A DNA stretch of 47,402 bases from Candidatus Magasanikiibacteriota bacterium. GTDB taxonomy: Bacteria; Patescibacteriota; Patescibacteriia; Magasanikbacterales; GWA2-37-8. A program made the position numbers and the translations under genes. The DNA lies in NCBI GenBank assembly GCA_030650025.1, contig JAUSEN010000025.1, positions 66,601 through 114,002 on the forward strand, written 5' to 3'. Positions 1 to 8,403 of this stretch are shown piece after piece. How positions within the stretch are numbered: position 1 is the first letter of the stretch; every line of letters starts with the position of its first letter. Below the pieces are notes generated by a model. That model was not told the DNA's origin and searched no databases. It saw only the letters and a program-made list of their open reading frames with translations.

Positions 1-2
1 AA

Positions 3-137
3 GATTTGGATCAGGTATTTGAACACTCCGTGGCGACTTTTAGCCAGACGCGTGACGGCAGTTTCGTAAACTACCTAAAGCGACAACTGCGACTGATATC
101 CCAAGTAGGGCACGGGCGTACCGGCTCCCTGCTATGA
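3..137 (+). CDS. 3' end of a CDS truncated by the window edge, unknown function
   Basis: Open frame from the window start (DLDQVFEH...GSLL) ending in TGA, followed by a terminator-like hairpin. Confidence 0.5.
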   Translation, partial: DLDQVFEHSVATFSQTRDGSFVNYLKRQLRLISQVGHGRTGSLL

Positions 138-153
138 GTTAAAAAAATACCAC

Positions 154-188
154 AAACATCACTCGCCTACTGCGAGCGGTGTTTTTTT
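154..188 (+). terminator. Intrinsic terminator
   Basis: AAACATCACTCGC-ctact-GCGAGCGGTGTTT hairpin plus T tract. Confidence 0.6.
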
Positions 189-305
189 ATTAATTGCGTG
201 GTGCCAAAATTTTCACAATTTGACACCGCGTCCTTGACAAATCCTAAAAAAGGGTCATACTACCTACATACTATATACCAATTTGAACTCATTAACTTCT
301 GTGAT

Positions 306-455
306 ATGAAAGAGCGAATTTGCGAGCATTGCGACGCGATTAACGAAATCGAGTTTACCCTGCGGGCGGGCAACACTAGCGCCATCACTATACGCTGCAA
401 AGGCTGTAAACGTCTCTTGCAGATTGAAGGCGAGAAGGAAGAGGCGAGAGTTTAA
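306..455 (+). CDS. Small zinc-ribbon protein (49 aa, CEHC...CKGC)
   Basis: ATG at 306 downstream of TTGACA(234)/CATACT(256); two CxxC pairs; stop 1 nt before the ZIP start. Confidence 0.65.
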   Translation: MKERICEHCDAINEIEFTLRAGNTSAITIRCKGCKRLLQIEGEKEEARV

Positions 456-456
456 T

Positions 457-1194
457 ATGCTTTTATTGATTGCGGCCAGCCTCTTAATATCTCTGATCTC
501 GTTTGCCGGGGCAGTGTTGTTTTTTTCTAAAAAAAGCTTAACCGCGGGCTTTATGGCCTACTTGGTTAGCTTCTCCGCAGGGGTCATGCTCGCGGCCGCC
601 TTTTTAGATCTCTTGCCAGAAGCCATGGAAGCGGCCGGAGAGAACCCCGCGGGTGTGTTACCGCTAGTACTGGTTGGCGTAGTATTTTTCTTCTTTTTGG
701 AAAGATTTTTGCTGTGGTTCCACCATCATCATAGTGAACACAATATCCACCCCACGACGCACCTAATTTTAGTGGGGGACGGTTTTCATAATTTTATAGA
801 CGGCGTGGCCCTAGCGGCGGCGTTTGCGGTTAGCATCGAACTTGGGCTCGTTACCACGCTCGCGATTGCGGCGCACGAAATCCCTCAAGAATTAGCGGAC
901 TTAAGCGTTTTGATCCACGGCGGTTTAAGCCGGCAAAAAGCCCTGTGGTATAATTTTGTATCTGGGCTGCCGGCTCTGCTCGGGGCAGTACTAGCCTACT
1001 TCTTTTTTTCTCGGCTAACTGGCGCTCTGCCCCCTCTTTTGGCCTTTACCGCGGGCATGTTTATATATATTGCCTGCGCCGACCTGATCCCGGATTTGCA
1101 TACGGAATTTAAGAAGGAAAAACGCTGGATTTATTCCGTGCCCTTTTTGCTGGGCATTGCCCTCATAGGCTTACTGGTAAATTGGCTCGAATAA
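457..1194 (+). CDS. ZIP family zinc/metal transporter
   Basis: SFSAGVMLAAAFLDLLPEA, His-rich loop, DGFHNFIDG, HEIPQE motifs. Confidence 0.93.
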   Translation: MLLLIAASLLISLISFAGAVLFFSKKSLTAGFMAYLVSFSAGVMLAAAFLDLLPEAMEAAGENPAGVLPLVLVGVVFFFFLERFLLWFHHHHSEHNIHPTTHLILVGDGFHNFIDGVALAAAFAVSIELGLVTTLAIAAHEIPQELADLSVLIHGGLSRQKALWYNFVSGLPALLGAVLAYFFFSRLTGALPPLLAFTAGMFIYIACADLIPDLHTEFKKEKRWIYSVPFLLGIALIGLLVNWLE

Positions 1195-1200
1195 AATTTT

Positions 1201-1229
1201 AAATAGCACCGCTGTGGTGCTATTTTTTT
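1201..1229. terminator. Bidirectional terminator
   Basis: AAATAGCACC-gctgt-GGTGCTATTTTTT between convergent genes. Confidence 0.7.
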
Positions 1230-1393
1230 ATTTGGCGAAGCTGTTTAAGCTCGGCTGATAAATTTTTAATAATCTTGGCCTGCTCATCGGCCTCAAGGCC
1301 AGGAAAAAGTTTAAGCCAAAATTCCAACTCGTTTTTATCTTCTCCTAAACTGATTAATTCGTCTATTAGTTTTTTAAATTCAGCGGGGGTCAT
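1220..1393 (-). CDS. Small helical hypothetical protein (57 aa, MTPAEFKKLIDELISLGEDKNELEFW...), below the ORF-track cutoff
   Basis: Manual translation; starts 6 nt after the upstream stop and fills the gap to the terminator. Confidence 0.7.
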   Translation of the reverse strand: MTPAEFKKLIDELISLGEDKNELEFWLKLFPGLEADEQAKIIKNLSAELKQLRQIKK

Positions 1394-1399
1394 AGTAAT

Positions 1400-1942
1400 T
1401 TAATCTAATTTAGCTGGAGAAAGTTTGGCCAGCGCGTTTTTGAATACCACGGCAAAAACGCCAGCTAGAATATCGCGCTTGTCCGTGACAAAATCCGCCA
1501 AGACATTAATAAAATACCCCAGACGCGGATTTTTGACAGATGACAATCGGGCAAATTCTTTGAGGATGGCGGGAATTTGGTCTAACTTAGTGAGAACACT
1601 AGAAATTACTTCACCAATGGCCGCGTTAGCGTAATCCCCTTTTATCAAAAGGCCAAGGACAATAACACCAGTCGCGGAAGCGAGCAAATAATTTAACCGC
1701 TCCCCGCCAGTCAATTGCTTGCTTCCCTCCCGGCCCAGGACAGCGCCGCGGATCATTTTAACATCACCGACAAAAGGAACACTGTTTAAAAGCTTGGTAA
1801 GAGCCGGGGTGTCAATTATTTTAGCGAACCGAGCAACAATAAAACGCTGGAACAAACCTTCGCGCCCGGCGCGCGCCTGTTCCATTACTTCCTGTCTTCT
1901 GGTCTCGACCAGAGCTTCCCTTGGTTCGGCAGATTCTGGCAT
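1400..1942 (-). CDS. Hypothetical protein, possibly membrane-associated
   Basis: 180-aa ORF in operon-like spacing, one hydrophobic stretch. Confidence 0.7.
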   Translation of the reverse strand: MPESAEPREALVETRRQEVMEQARAGREGLFQRFIVARFAKIIDTPALTKLLNSVPFVGDVKMIRGAVLGREGSKQLTGGERLNYLLASATGVIVLGLLIKGDYANAAIGEVISSVLTKLDQIPAILKEFARLSSVKNPRLGYFINVLADFVTDKRDILAGVFAVVFKNALAKLSPAKLD

Positions 1943-1952
1943 AAAAATTTAT

Positions 1953-2714
1953 TTATTTTTCGGTGATAACGACGCTCTTAACTACCGTGGGGGCAACTGG
2001 CGTAGAAGGCTCACCACTAGTGCCTGATTTCACTTCGCTGGTGGCAATTTTATCCACTACTTCGAGACCCTTAATTACCTGACCAAAAATTGTGTAGTTT
2101 TTGGGAAGCGGATAATCCGCGTGCATAATAAAAAATTGGCTGCCGTTGGTGTTTGGGCCGGCATTGGCCATGGCGACAGTGCCGCGGGTGTACTCGCCGG
2201 TAAACAGCTCATCGTCAAAGCGGTAACCCGGGCCGCCGGTGCCATCACCCTCTGGGTCCCCGCCTTGAATCATAAAGCCTTTAAGGACACGGTGGAAAAT
2301 AGTATTATCGTAAAAATTTTTCCGCGCTAAATCCACAAAGTTTTTTACAGTATTAGGCGTTTGGCCAAAATTTAAAGCAATCTCAATATCGCCGGCCGAG
2401 GTTTTCAAGAGTGCGGTGTAATGTTTTTTAGCGTCGAATTCCATAGGTTTATTAGTGTTAGCAGTGGTTGAATTAGATGTTTCTGAAGGCAGGTTCGATG
2501 GTGGAACATCCTCATTTTTTAAAGCCGTATTAGTTGAGGCTTGGTTTGATATTTTATCTAAATCAGAGATAAGTTTTTGATCGTCGAGCGTGCTGTTGAT
2601 GGTCGGTTTAGTTTCGTAGGGAGTGGGGCTGCTGCCCGGGAGGGCGCACCCAGCGCCGAGGAGCAAACTAGCGACGCTTAGACCCAAAAGGGCAAGACGA
2701 AAATTTTTAAGCAT
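1953..2714 (-). CDS. Cyclophilin-type peptidyl-prolyl isomerase, lipoprotein
   Basis: Lipobox-like LGAGC; FHRVLKGFMIQGGDP, AMANAGPNTNGSQFFI. Confidence 0.95.
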   Translation of the reverse strand: MLKNFRLALLGLSVASLLLGAGCALPGSSPTPYETKPTINSTLDDQKLISDLDKISNQASTNTALKNEDVPPSNLPSETSNSTTANTNKPMEFDAKKHYTALLKTSAGDIEIALNFGQTPNTVKNFVDLARKNFYDNTIFHRVLKGFMIQGGDPEGDGTGGPGYRFDDELFTGEYTRGTVAMANAGPNTNGSQFFIMHADYPLPKNYTIFGQVIKGLEVVDKIATSEVKSGTSGEPSTPVAPTVVKSVVITEK

Positions 2715-2734
2715 AAAAGTTATAATTTTGTTTC

Positions 2735-4438
2735 TTACATCTCCTCCACTGTTTTGATGCCGAGAAGATAGAGTGAGCGCTCGGCCACGGCTAAAATCTG
2801 GCGCAAGAGGTTAAGGCGAAAATTTTTAGTGGCGCCGGCTGATTTTAAGACTGGGCAAGCTTCGTAAAAACTCGTAAACTTTTGCGCCAAGCTATAAAGG
2901 TAATGGGCCACGAGCGATGGATCCTGGCGCGCGGCGGCGGCACTAACAGTATCTTGGAATTGATCGAGGTGCAAGAGTACAGTGGCTTCCTCGGGCATGA
3001 CTTCGGCAGGAATTTGTTCGGCCGAAGCGGGGCCGGGTTCTTTTTTGAGAATACTCTTAATACGCGCGCCCATATATAGAAGATAGGCGCCCGAGTCGCC
3101 GCTAGTTGCCACTGACGATTTAATATCAAAGGCAATGTCGTTCTCGGTAGAAGTGCGCAAAAAAGCGTACTTGATCGCGGCGATCGCGACGCGTTCGGCA
3201 ACTTCGTCTTTATTCGCCACATCACTCGCGCTCATGTTTTCTAAAACAACGGCTTTAACTTCTGCAATCATCTCTTCGGCTAAAATTACCTGGCCAGTAC
3301 GGCTACTCATCTTGCCGCTTTTAAGGTGCACCCAACCATAGTCCACATGATGCTCGCGTCCCGCTGATTCTGGAAAAGTAAACTCCAGCGCCTTAAAGAC
3401 CACTTTAAAATATTCGAGCTGTTCTTTGCCCACCACATGGTAAATTCGCGCGGGGTGAAATTCGTTAAATTGCTTTTCGGCTAACGCCAAGTCCTTAGCT
3501 TCATAGGTGGGTAAGTCCTTGGAGTTTAAAAACACGCGCTCGTGCAAACCGTATTTAGAGCCTTCGAAAATAACAGCGCCATCGCTGGCTTTAAAGACAC
3601 CGTTCGCCATATTATTTTTGACGATCTCGCGGCCGCGCTCAAAAACTTCGGATTCAAAATACAGCCGGTCGAAGTGCGTGCTAAGACGCTTATAAATATT
3701 ATTCTCAAAATAACTTAAGCTCCAAGAACGAGTTAATTTATAGAGCGCAGTGATAGCGGTGTCTCCTGAATAAATTTTTTCGTTTATTGCCATGACTTTA
3801 GCTTTAGTGTCATCGTTCTCTTCGTAGGCGCTACTGCCGCTGGCATAAGCCTGCCCTAAAAACTTGGCTTGCTCGGCTGAAGTCGCGGTGGTTAGAGATT
3901 TTATAATAGTTTCGTAATTAGGAGTACTAAAAATACCGTAAAAACACTTGGCAATATGCAGGCCAACATCGCCTTGATAGTTAGCCCGCACCACCGCGTG
4001 GCCGACGTGCTCTAAAAGTCGCACTAAACTCTCGCCGGTAATAATGTTGCGCAAATGGCCGATGTGAAAAGCTTTGTGCGTGTTGGGGTGAGCGAACTCG
4101 ACCATGATCTTTTCTTTAGAGTCTTCAAACGCGGGGTCGCATATATTCTCGCCAAAGGTAGAGACCAGCGTAGCCACAGCGTGGCTATTTAAGAAAAAAT
4201 TTACGTAGGGGCCGACGGCTTTGGCTGAGGCAATAAGCGGCTCGCCTTGTTTATTTATTTGCTCGGCAATCTGCTTAGCTACCGTAGCCGGGTTTTGCGC
4301 CTTAGCTTTGGCCAAAGCAAAACAAGGGAAAGACAAATCTCCGAGTGCCGCTTGAGGCGGCACAGAAAATTCGGTGTCTCTGCCAGCGCCGAGCGGAGCC
4401 AAAATTTCTAAAATTTTGTTTCTAATTTGCGAATTCAT
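2735..4438 (-). CDS. argS: Arginine--tRNA ligase
   Basis: HPNTHKAFHIGHLRN, KMSSRTG, C-terminal EEM; start placed at MNSQ, 8 nt below a TATACT box. Confidence 0.96.
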   Translation of the reverse strand: MNSQIRNKILEILAPLGAGRDTEFSVPPQAALGDLSFPCFALAKAKAQNPATVAKQIAEQINKQGEPLIASAKAVGPYVNFFLNSHAVATLVSTFGENICDPAFEDSKEKIMVEFAHPNTHKAFHIGHLRNIITGESLVRLLEHVGHAVVRANYQGDVGLHIAKCFYGIFSTPNYETIIKSLTTATSAEQAKFLGQAYASGSSAYEENDDTKAKVMAINEKIYSGDTAITALYKLTRSWSLSYFENNIYKRLSTHFDRLYFESEVFERGREIVKNNMANGVFKASDGAVIFEGSKYGLHERVFLNSKDLPTYEAKDLALAEKQFNEFHPARIYHVVGKEQLEYFKVVFKALEFTFPESAGREHHVDYGWVHLKSGKMSSRTGQVILAEEMIAEVKAVVLENMSASDVANKDEVAERVAIAAIKYAFLRTSTENDIAFDIKSSVATSGDSGAYLLYMGARIKSILKKEPGPASAEQIPAEVMPEEATVLLHLDQFQDTVSAAAARQDPSLVAHYLYSLAQKFTSFYEACPVLKSAGATKNFRLNLLRQILAVAERSLYLLGIKTVEEM

Positions 4439-4488
4439 ACCTGCCCAGTATAACGAAAATCGCGAGTTTTGGCAATAATCAACACGTT

Positions 4489-4516
4489 GTAGGGGCATGA
4501 TATATCATGCCCCTGC
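4489..4516. repeat. GTAG-type REP-like palindrome
   Basis: GTAGGGGCATGA-tata-TCATGCCCCTGC. Confidence 0.7.
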
Positions 4517-4655
4517 TACTCAATTCTTTCGCTTATAAATTTCGGCCGTTAATAAAAACAATCCCTCTCCCGGGATTATTTTTCCTTCCTTGTGTATTAT
4601 TATACCACGAATCGCTTGATAATAATTTTTCTTGGCTCGCAACCCTGTGGATAAC

Positions 4656-4727
4656 TTCACCCTGTTAAATGCCCCGACGTTTCGTCGGGGCAATCCCGAC
4701 TGCGTCGGGATTATTTAACAGGGTAAA
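4656..4727. repeat. Composite palindromic element (terminal inverted repeats enclosing two hairpins)
   Basis: TTCACCCTGTTAAAT...ATTTAACAGGGTAAA enclosing GCCCCGACG/CGTCGGGGC and AATCCCGAC/GTCGGGATT. Confidence 0.75.
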
Positions 4728-5909
4728 CTAAATAATCTTAACAAAAAATCGCTTGCCTTTTTGAATAATATCGCCTGGTTTTAATTTAAGGTCAGAATCA
4801 GCAACAACCTGATCGTTTACTTTAACGCCTTTTTGTTCTATTGCGCGGCGCGCTTCGCTTTTACTAGAAACGATCTTGGCCTCCACTAGAGTTGTTACTA
4901 AGTCATAGCGAGAGGGTTTGAGGTTAGGAATATCATCTGGCTTGGCTTTATTACGAAACATCGCAACAAAATTATGCTCGGCTTGGCCGGCTATTTTTTC
5001 GTTATGATAAAAACTGGTTAGTTCGTACGCTAACTTCATTTTAATATCGCGGGGATTAGCGCCTTGTTTTAAGGCGTGAGCGTATTCGTTAATCATCGTC
5101 AGCGGGACGCGGGTCGCAAGTGTAAAATATTTAATAATTACATCATCGGGCACAGTCATACACTTACCATACATGTCCTCGGGCGTATCATTAAAATTAA
5201 TCGTATTGCCCCAGCTTGAGCTCATCTTGCGGCCATCGGTGCCTTCGAGCAGAGGACCCATGACGATATTTTGCGAGACTTGTTTGTAAGCAGGCTGCAT
5301 TGTGCGGCCAGCGAGTAAATTAAAGCGCTGGTCAGTACCCCCAATTTCGACGTCAGCTTTGACCGCCACAGAATCATAACCCTGCATCAGCGGGTACATA
5401 GCCTCACGCAAAGACACTCTGGTGCCGACGTTGAGACGTTTTTTAATATTTTCGCGCATGATAAAGTCATGCAAAGAAAATTGATCGGCCTGCCACTCTA
5501 ATTCGCCCGATGATAATTTGTTATGCCACTCGCTGTTGTAGCGCACTTCGCATTTTTTAATATCAATAATTTTACCGGCTTGTTCGACGTACGCTTTCAT
5601 GTTTTTCTTAACTTGCTCATGCGTTAACATGGGCCTCTCACTATCTTTATCCGAAGTGTCGCCAATCACTCCCGTGGCATCACCCACGATAAATACTAAT
5701 TGGTGGCCCAATTCTTGAAAGTCGCGCATTTTGAGGAGCGGGATCGAGCGACCAATGTGGAGGTTTGGGCTGGTCGGGTCAATGCCAAGTTTAACACGCA
5801 ATTTCTTCCCGCTTAATAATTTTTTTTCTAAATCGGCTTTAACGATTACTTCATCAACGCCGCGATTTAGGAGTTCTTGAATTTTTTTGGGGTCAGTTTG
5901 AGTGGTCAT
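4728..5909 (-). CDS. tyrS: Tyrosine--tRNA ligase
   Basis: GIDPTSPNLHIG, YPLMQGYD, GGTDQ, KMSSS, C-terminal S4 domain. Confidence 0.97.
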   Translation of the reverse strand: MTTQTDPKKIQELLNRGVDEVIVKADLEKKLLSGKKLRVKLGIDPTSPNLHIGRSIPLLKMRDFQELGHQLVFIVGDATGVIGDTSDKDSERPMLTHEQVKKNMKAYVEQAGKIIDIKKCEVRYNSEWHNKLSSGELEWQADQFSLHDFIMRENIKKRLNVGTRVSLREAMYPLMQGYDSVAVKADVEIGGTDQRFNLLAGRTMQPAYKQVSQNIVMGPLLEGTDGRKMSSSWGNTINFNDTPEDMYGKCMTVPDDVIIKYFTLATRVPLTMINEYAHALKQGANPRDIKMKLAYELTSFYHNEKIAGQAEHNFVAMFRNKAKPDDIPNLKPSRYDLVTTLVEAKIVSSKSEARRAIEQKGVKVNDQVVADSDLKLKPGDIIQKGKRFFVKII

Positions 5910-5921
5910 AAATTAAATAAA

Positions 5922-8180
5922 TTATTTTGTAACAGGCCATGGCTCTACCATAAGTAATTTTTCTTGGCCATAGAGTTCGCTCCAAATTGCTTCGGTCACG
6001 AAGGGCATAAAAGGATGAAGTAATTTAAGAACGTTGTTTAAAATATAATATAAATTTTGTATAGTAAAATTTTTAGATTCGCTATTCAGAAGTTGAGTTT
6101 TAGTCGCTTCGATATAAATATCAGCGAATTCATGCCAAGTAAAATCATAAAGCGACTGCGCGGCTTCGTGGAGACGAAAATTTTCTAAATTGTTTGTGAC
6201 CGCGATAATAGTGGCATTTAATTTTTCTAAAATGATTTGGTCGGCTGGAGTTTTGGCCTCGGGCACGGCGGTGGTGAGCGGTTCGCCGAGGGCGGCAATA
6301 TAGCGCGCGATGTTCCAGAGCTTATTAGCAAAGTGCTTCATGCCTTTGATTTTGTCTTCGGCTAAGGGGATGTCATTGCCGGCGGCGGTGGAAAAAATTA
6401 AGGCAAAACGCAGAGCGTCCGTGCCGTACATATCAATCACACCCAAGGGGTCGATGACATTGCCTTTGCTCTTGCTCATCTTCTGCCGGTCTTTATCGCG
6501 GACTAATCCGTGTAAAAATACTTTGGCAAACGGCGGCTTATTAGTGCGGTAGTACGAGAGCATGACCATGCGCGCGACCCAAAAAAATAAAATATCCCAC
6601 CCGGTTTCCATCACTTGAGTTGGAAAGTACGTAGCAAAATCATTGGCAGGCTGGCCAACCGCAGCTTTTTTAGCGTCGCTTGCCATTAAAGTTGCGTAGG
6701 GCCACTGACCAGAGGAGAACCAAGTATCAAACGTGTCAGGGTCGGCGATTACGCCGCCTCCACAACCAACGCAGGTATCAATTTTATTTTCGATATCAAC
6801 TACTGGTTGGCCGCAGGCTTGACTTTCGACTTTACCTGCCTGCCGGCGAGGCAGGGACTCTAGACTCTGCTTACAATATTTAACCGGGATCGGAATCCCC
6901 CACCAAATCTGCCGCGAAATCGGCCAATCGCGGATATTGGCCATCCAATGGCGAAATATTTTCTCAAATTTTTCCGTGACAATCTCAACTTCTTTAGTAT
7001 CGAGAGCCGCGACTGCCATGTCGCGCAAACTTGGCCGCTCTTGTTTGGTTTCATTATCCGTAAAACTAGCTGTCATTTTTATATACCACTGCGGCACAAT
7101 TTGCGGCTCGATTAAATTGCCGCATTTGTAGCACAGCTGAACATTGTGGGTATATTTGTCGTCAATGTGGTCCACCAGGCCTTTGGCGCGCAATTTCTCG
7201 ACGATCAAGGAGCGAGCATCCATAATTTTTTGGCCAACAAATTCGCCCGCGATGGGCAGGAGCTTGCCACGTTTGTCAATAACTTCCTCGATATCGAGTT
7301 TGCGCCTTTCGGCAATTTCAAAGTCCACGGCGTCGTGGGCCGGGGTAATGGTCATAACACCCGTGCCAAATTCCATATCCACGGCTTTGTCTTTGATAAT
7401 AGTCGCTACGGTCGGACCGTTGATCCATTCCAGATTTAATTTATCCCCTTCTTTATATTTTGCGTAGCGTTTATCGTCCGGGTGCATGACAACATATTTA
7501 TCACCAAACTTTGTTTCGGGGCGGCTGGTGCCAATCACAAACGGGCCATACTTAAAATAATAAAATTGCTCAATACGCTCTTCGTATTTGGTTTCTAAAT
7601 CCGCGAGGCCAGTCTGGTGCTTGGGGCACCAATTACAAATGCGGTTACCGCGGTAAATGAGGCCGTCAGCATGCATCTTTTTAAACGTTTCATAAACAAC
7701 TTTAACAATTTCCGGATCAAGTGAAAAAATGTTGCGGCTCCAATCGCAGGAGGCGCCGAGGCGCCTTATCCCCTGCTCGCTCAAGTGCTTATTCTCCTGC
7801 ACAAAATTCCAACACGCTTTATAGAATTCTTCGCGGGTCATTTTAAAGCGGCTGGTGCCTTCTTTTTCTAATTTTTTTTCAAACACGACTTGGGTCTCAA
7901 AACCAGCATGGTCTGTGCCCGGGAGCCAAAGCGCCCGGCGGCCACGCATCCGCGCAAAACGCGTTAAAATATCCTGGACTGTCAGGCCAAGCGCGTGGCC
8001 AACGTGAAGCGGGGCGTTGGCGTTAGGGAGTGGCAACATGATGGTGAAGGGCTCGCCAGGCAAACCTGCTTCAGCCGCAGGCAAGTTGTCGGGGTCGAAA
8101 AATCCGCTCGCTTCCCAGCGGGTGTAAATGGCGCTTTCGTAATCAGCGTGGTTGTAAGACTTTGGCAGGTCTTTGGACAT
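5922..8180 (-). CDS. valS: Valine--tRNA ligase (compact, lacks the C-terminal coiled coil)
   Basis: PNANAPLHVGH, GTDHAG, SRPET, ISRQIWWG, DTWFSS, KMSKS. Confidence 0.96.
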   Translation of the reverse strand: MSKDLPKSYNHADYESAIYTRWEASGFFDPDNLPAAEAGLPGEPFTIMLPLPNANAPLHVGHALGLTVQDILTRFARMRGRRALWLPGTDHAGFETQVVFEKKLEKEGTSRFKMTREEFYKACWNFVQENKHLSEQGIRRLGASCDWSRNIFSLDPEIVKVVYETFKKMHADGLIYRGNRICNWCPKHQTGLADLETKYEERIEQFYYFKYGPFVIGTSRPETKFGDKYVVMHPDDKRYAKYKEGDKLNLEWINGPTVATIIKDKAVDMEFGTGVMTITPAHDAVDFEIAERRKLDIEEVIDKRGKLLPIAGEFVGQKIMDARSLIVEKLRAKGLVDHIDDKYTHNVQLCYKCGNLIEPQIVPQWYIKMTASFTDNETKQERPSLRDMAVAALDTKEVEIVTEKFEKIFRHWMANIRDWPISRQIWWGIPIPVKYCKQSLESLPRRQAGKVESQACGQPVVDIENKIDTCVGCGGGVIADPDTFDTWFSSGQWPYATLMASDAKKAAVGQPANDFATYFPTQVMETGWDILFFWVARMVMLSYYRTNKPPFAKVFLHGLVRDKDRQKMSKSKGNVIDPLGVIDMYGTDALRFALIFSTAAGNDIPLAEDKIKGMKHFANKLWNIARYIAALGEPLTTAVPEAKTPADQIILEKLNATIIAVTNNLENFRLHEAAQSLYDFTWHEFADIYIEATKTQLLNSESKNFTIQNLYYILNNVLKLLHPFMPFVTEAIWSELYGQEKLLMVEPWPVTK
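6835..6855. repeat. CCTGCC-family palindrome, in frame within valS
   Basis: CCTGCCTGCCGGCGAGGCAGG (21 nt) flanked by GACT(T/C)TN heptamers. Confidence 0.8.
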
Positions 8181-8242
8181 AAACTACAGTTAATTTTACC
8201 AAATTAATCTGATTTCGGCAAGTTTAGGCTAATTTAAGCCAT

Positions 8243-8279
8243 GCCTGCCGCCTGCCTGCCGGTAGGCAGGGCAGACAGG
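8243..8279. repeat. Nested CCTGCC-family palindromes, intergenic
   Basis: CCTGCCTGCCGGTAGGCAGG (8251-8270) inside GCCTGCCG...GCAGACAGG. Confidence 0.8.
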
Positions 8280-8403
8280 AGAAAAAGCTATCCCCAGTAT
8301 GGCGTTTTACGCAGAGTTGACAGAAATTTTATGATTTGGTAGAATGAAGGGTTCTTGGAAAAAGGCTGATTTACGCCCAAACAAGAGCAATTTTGTTATT
8401 CCT

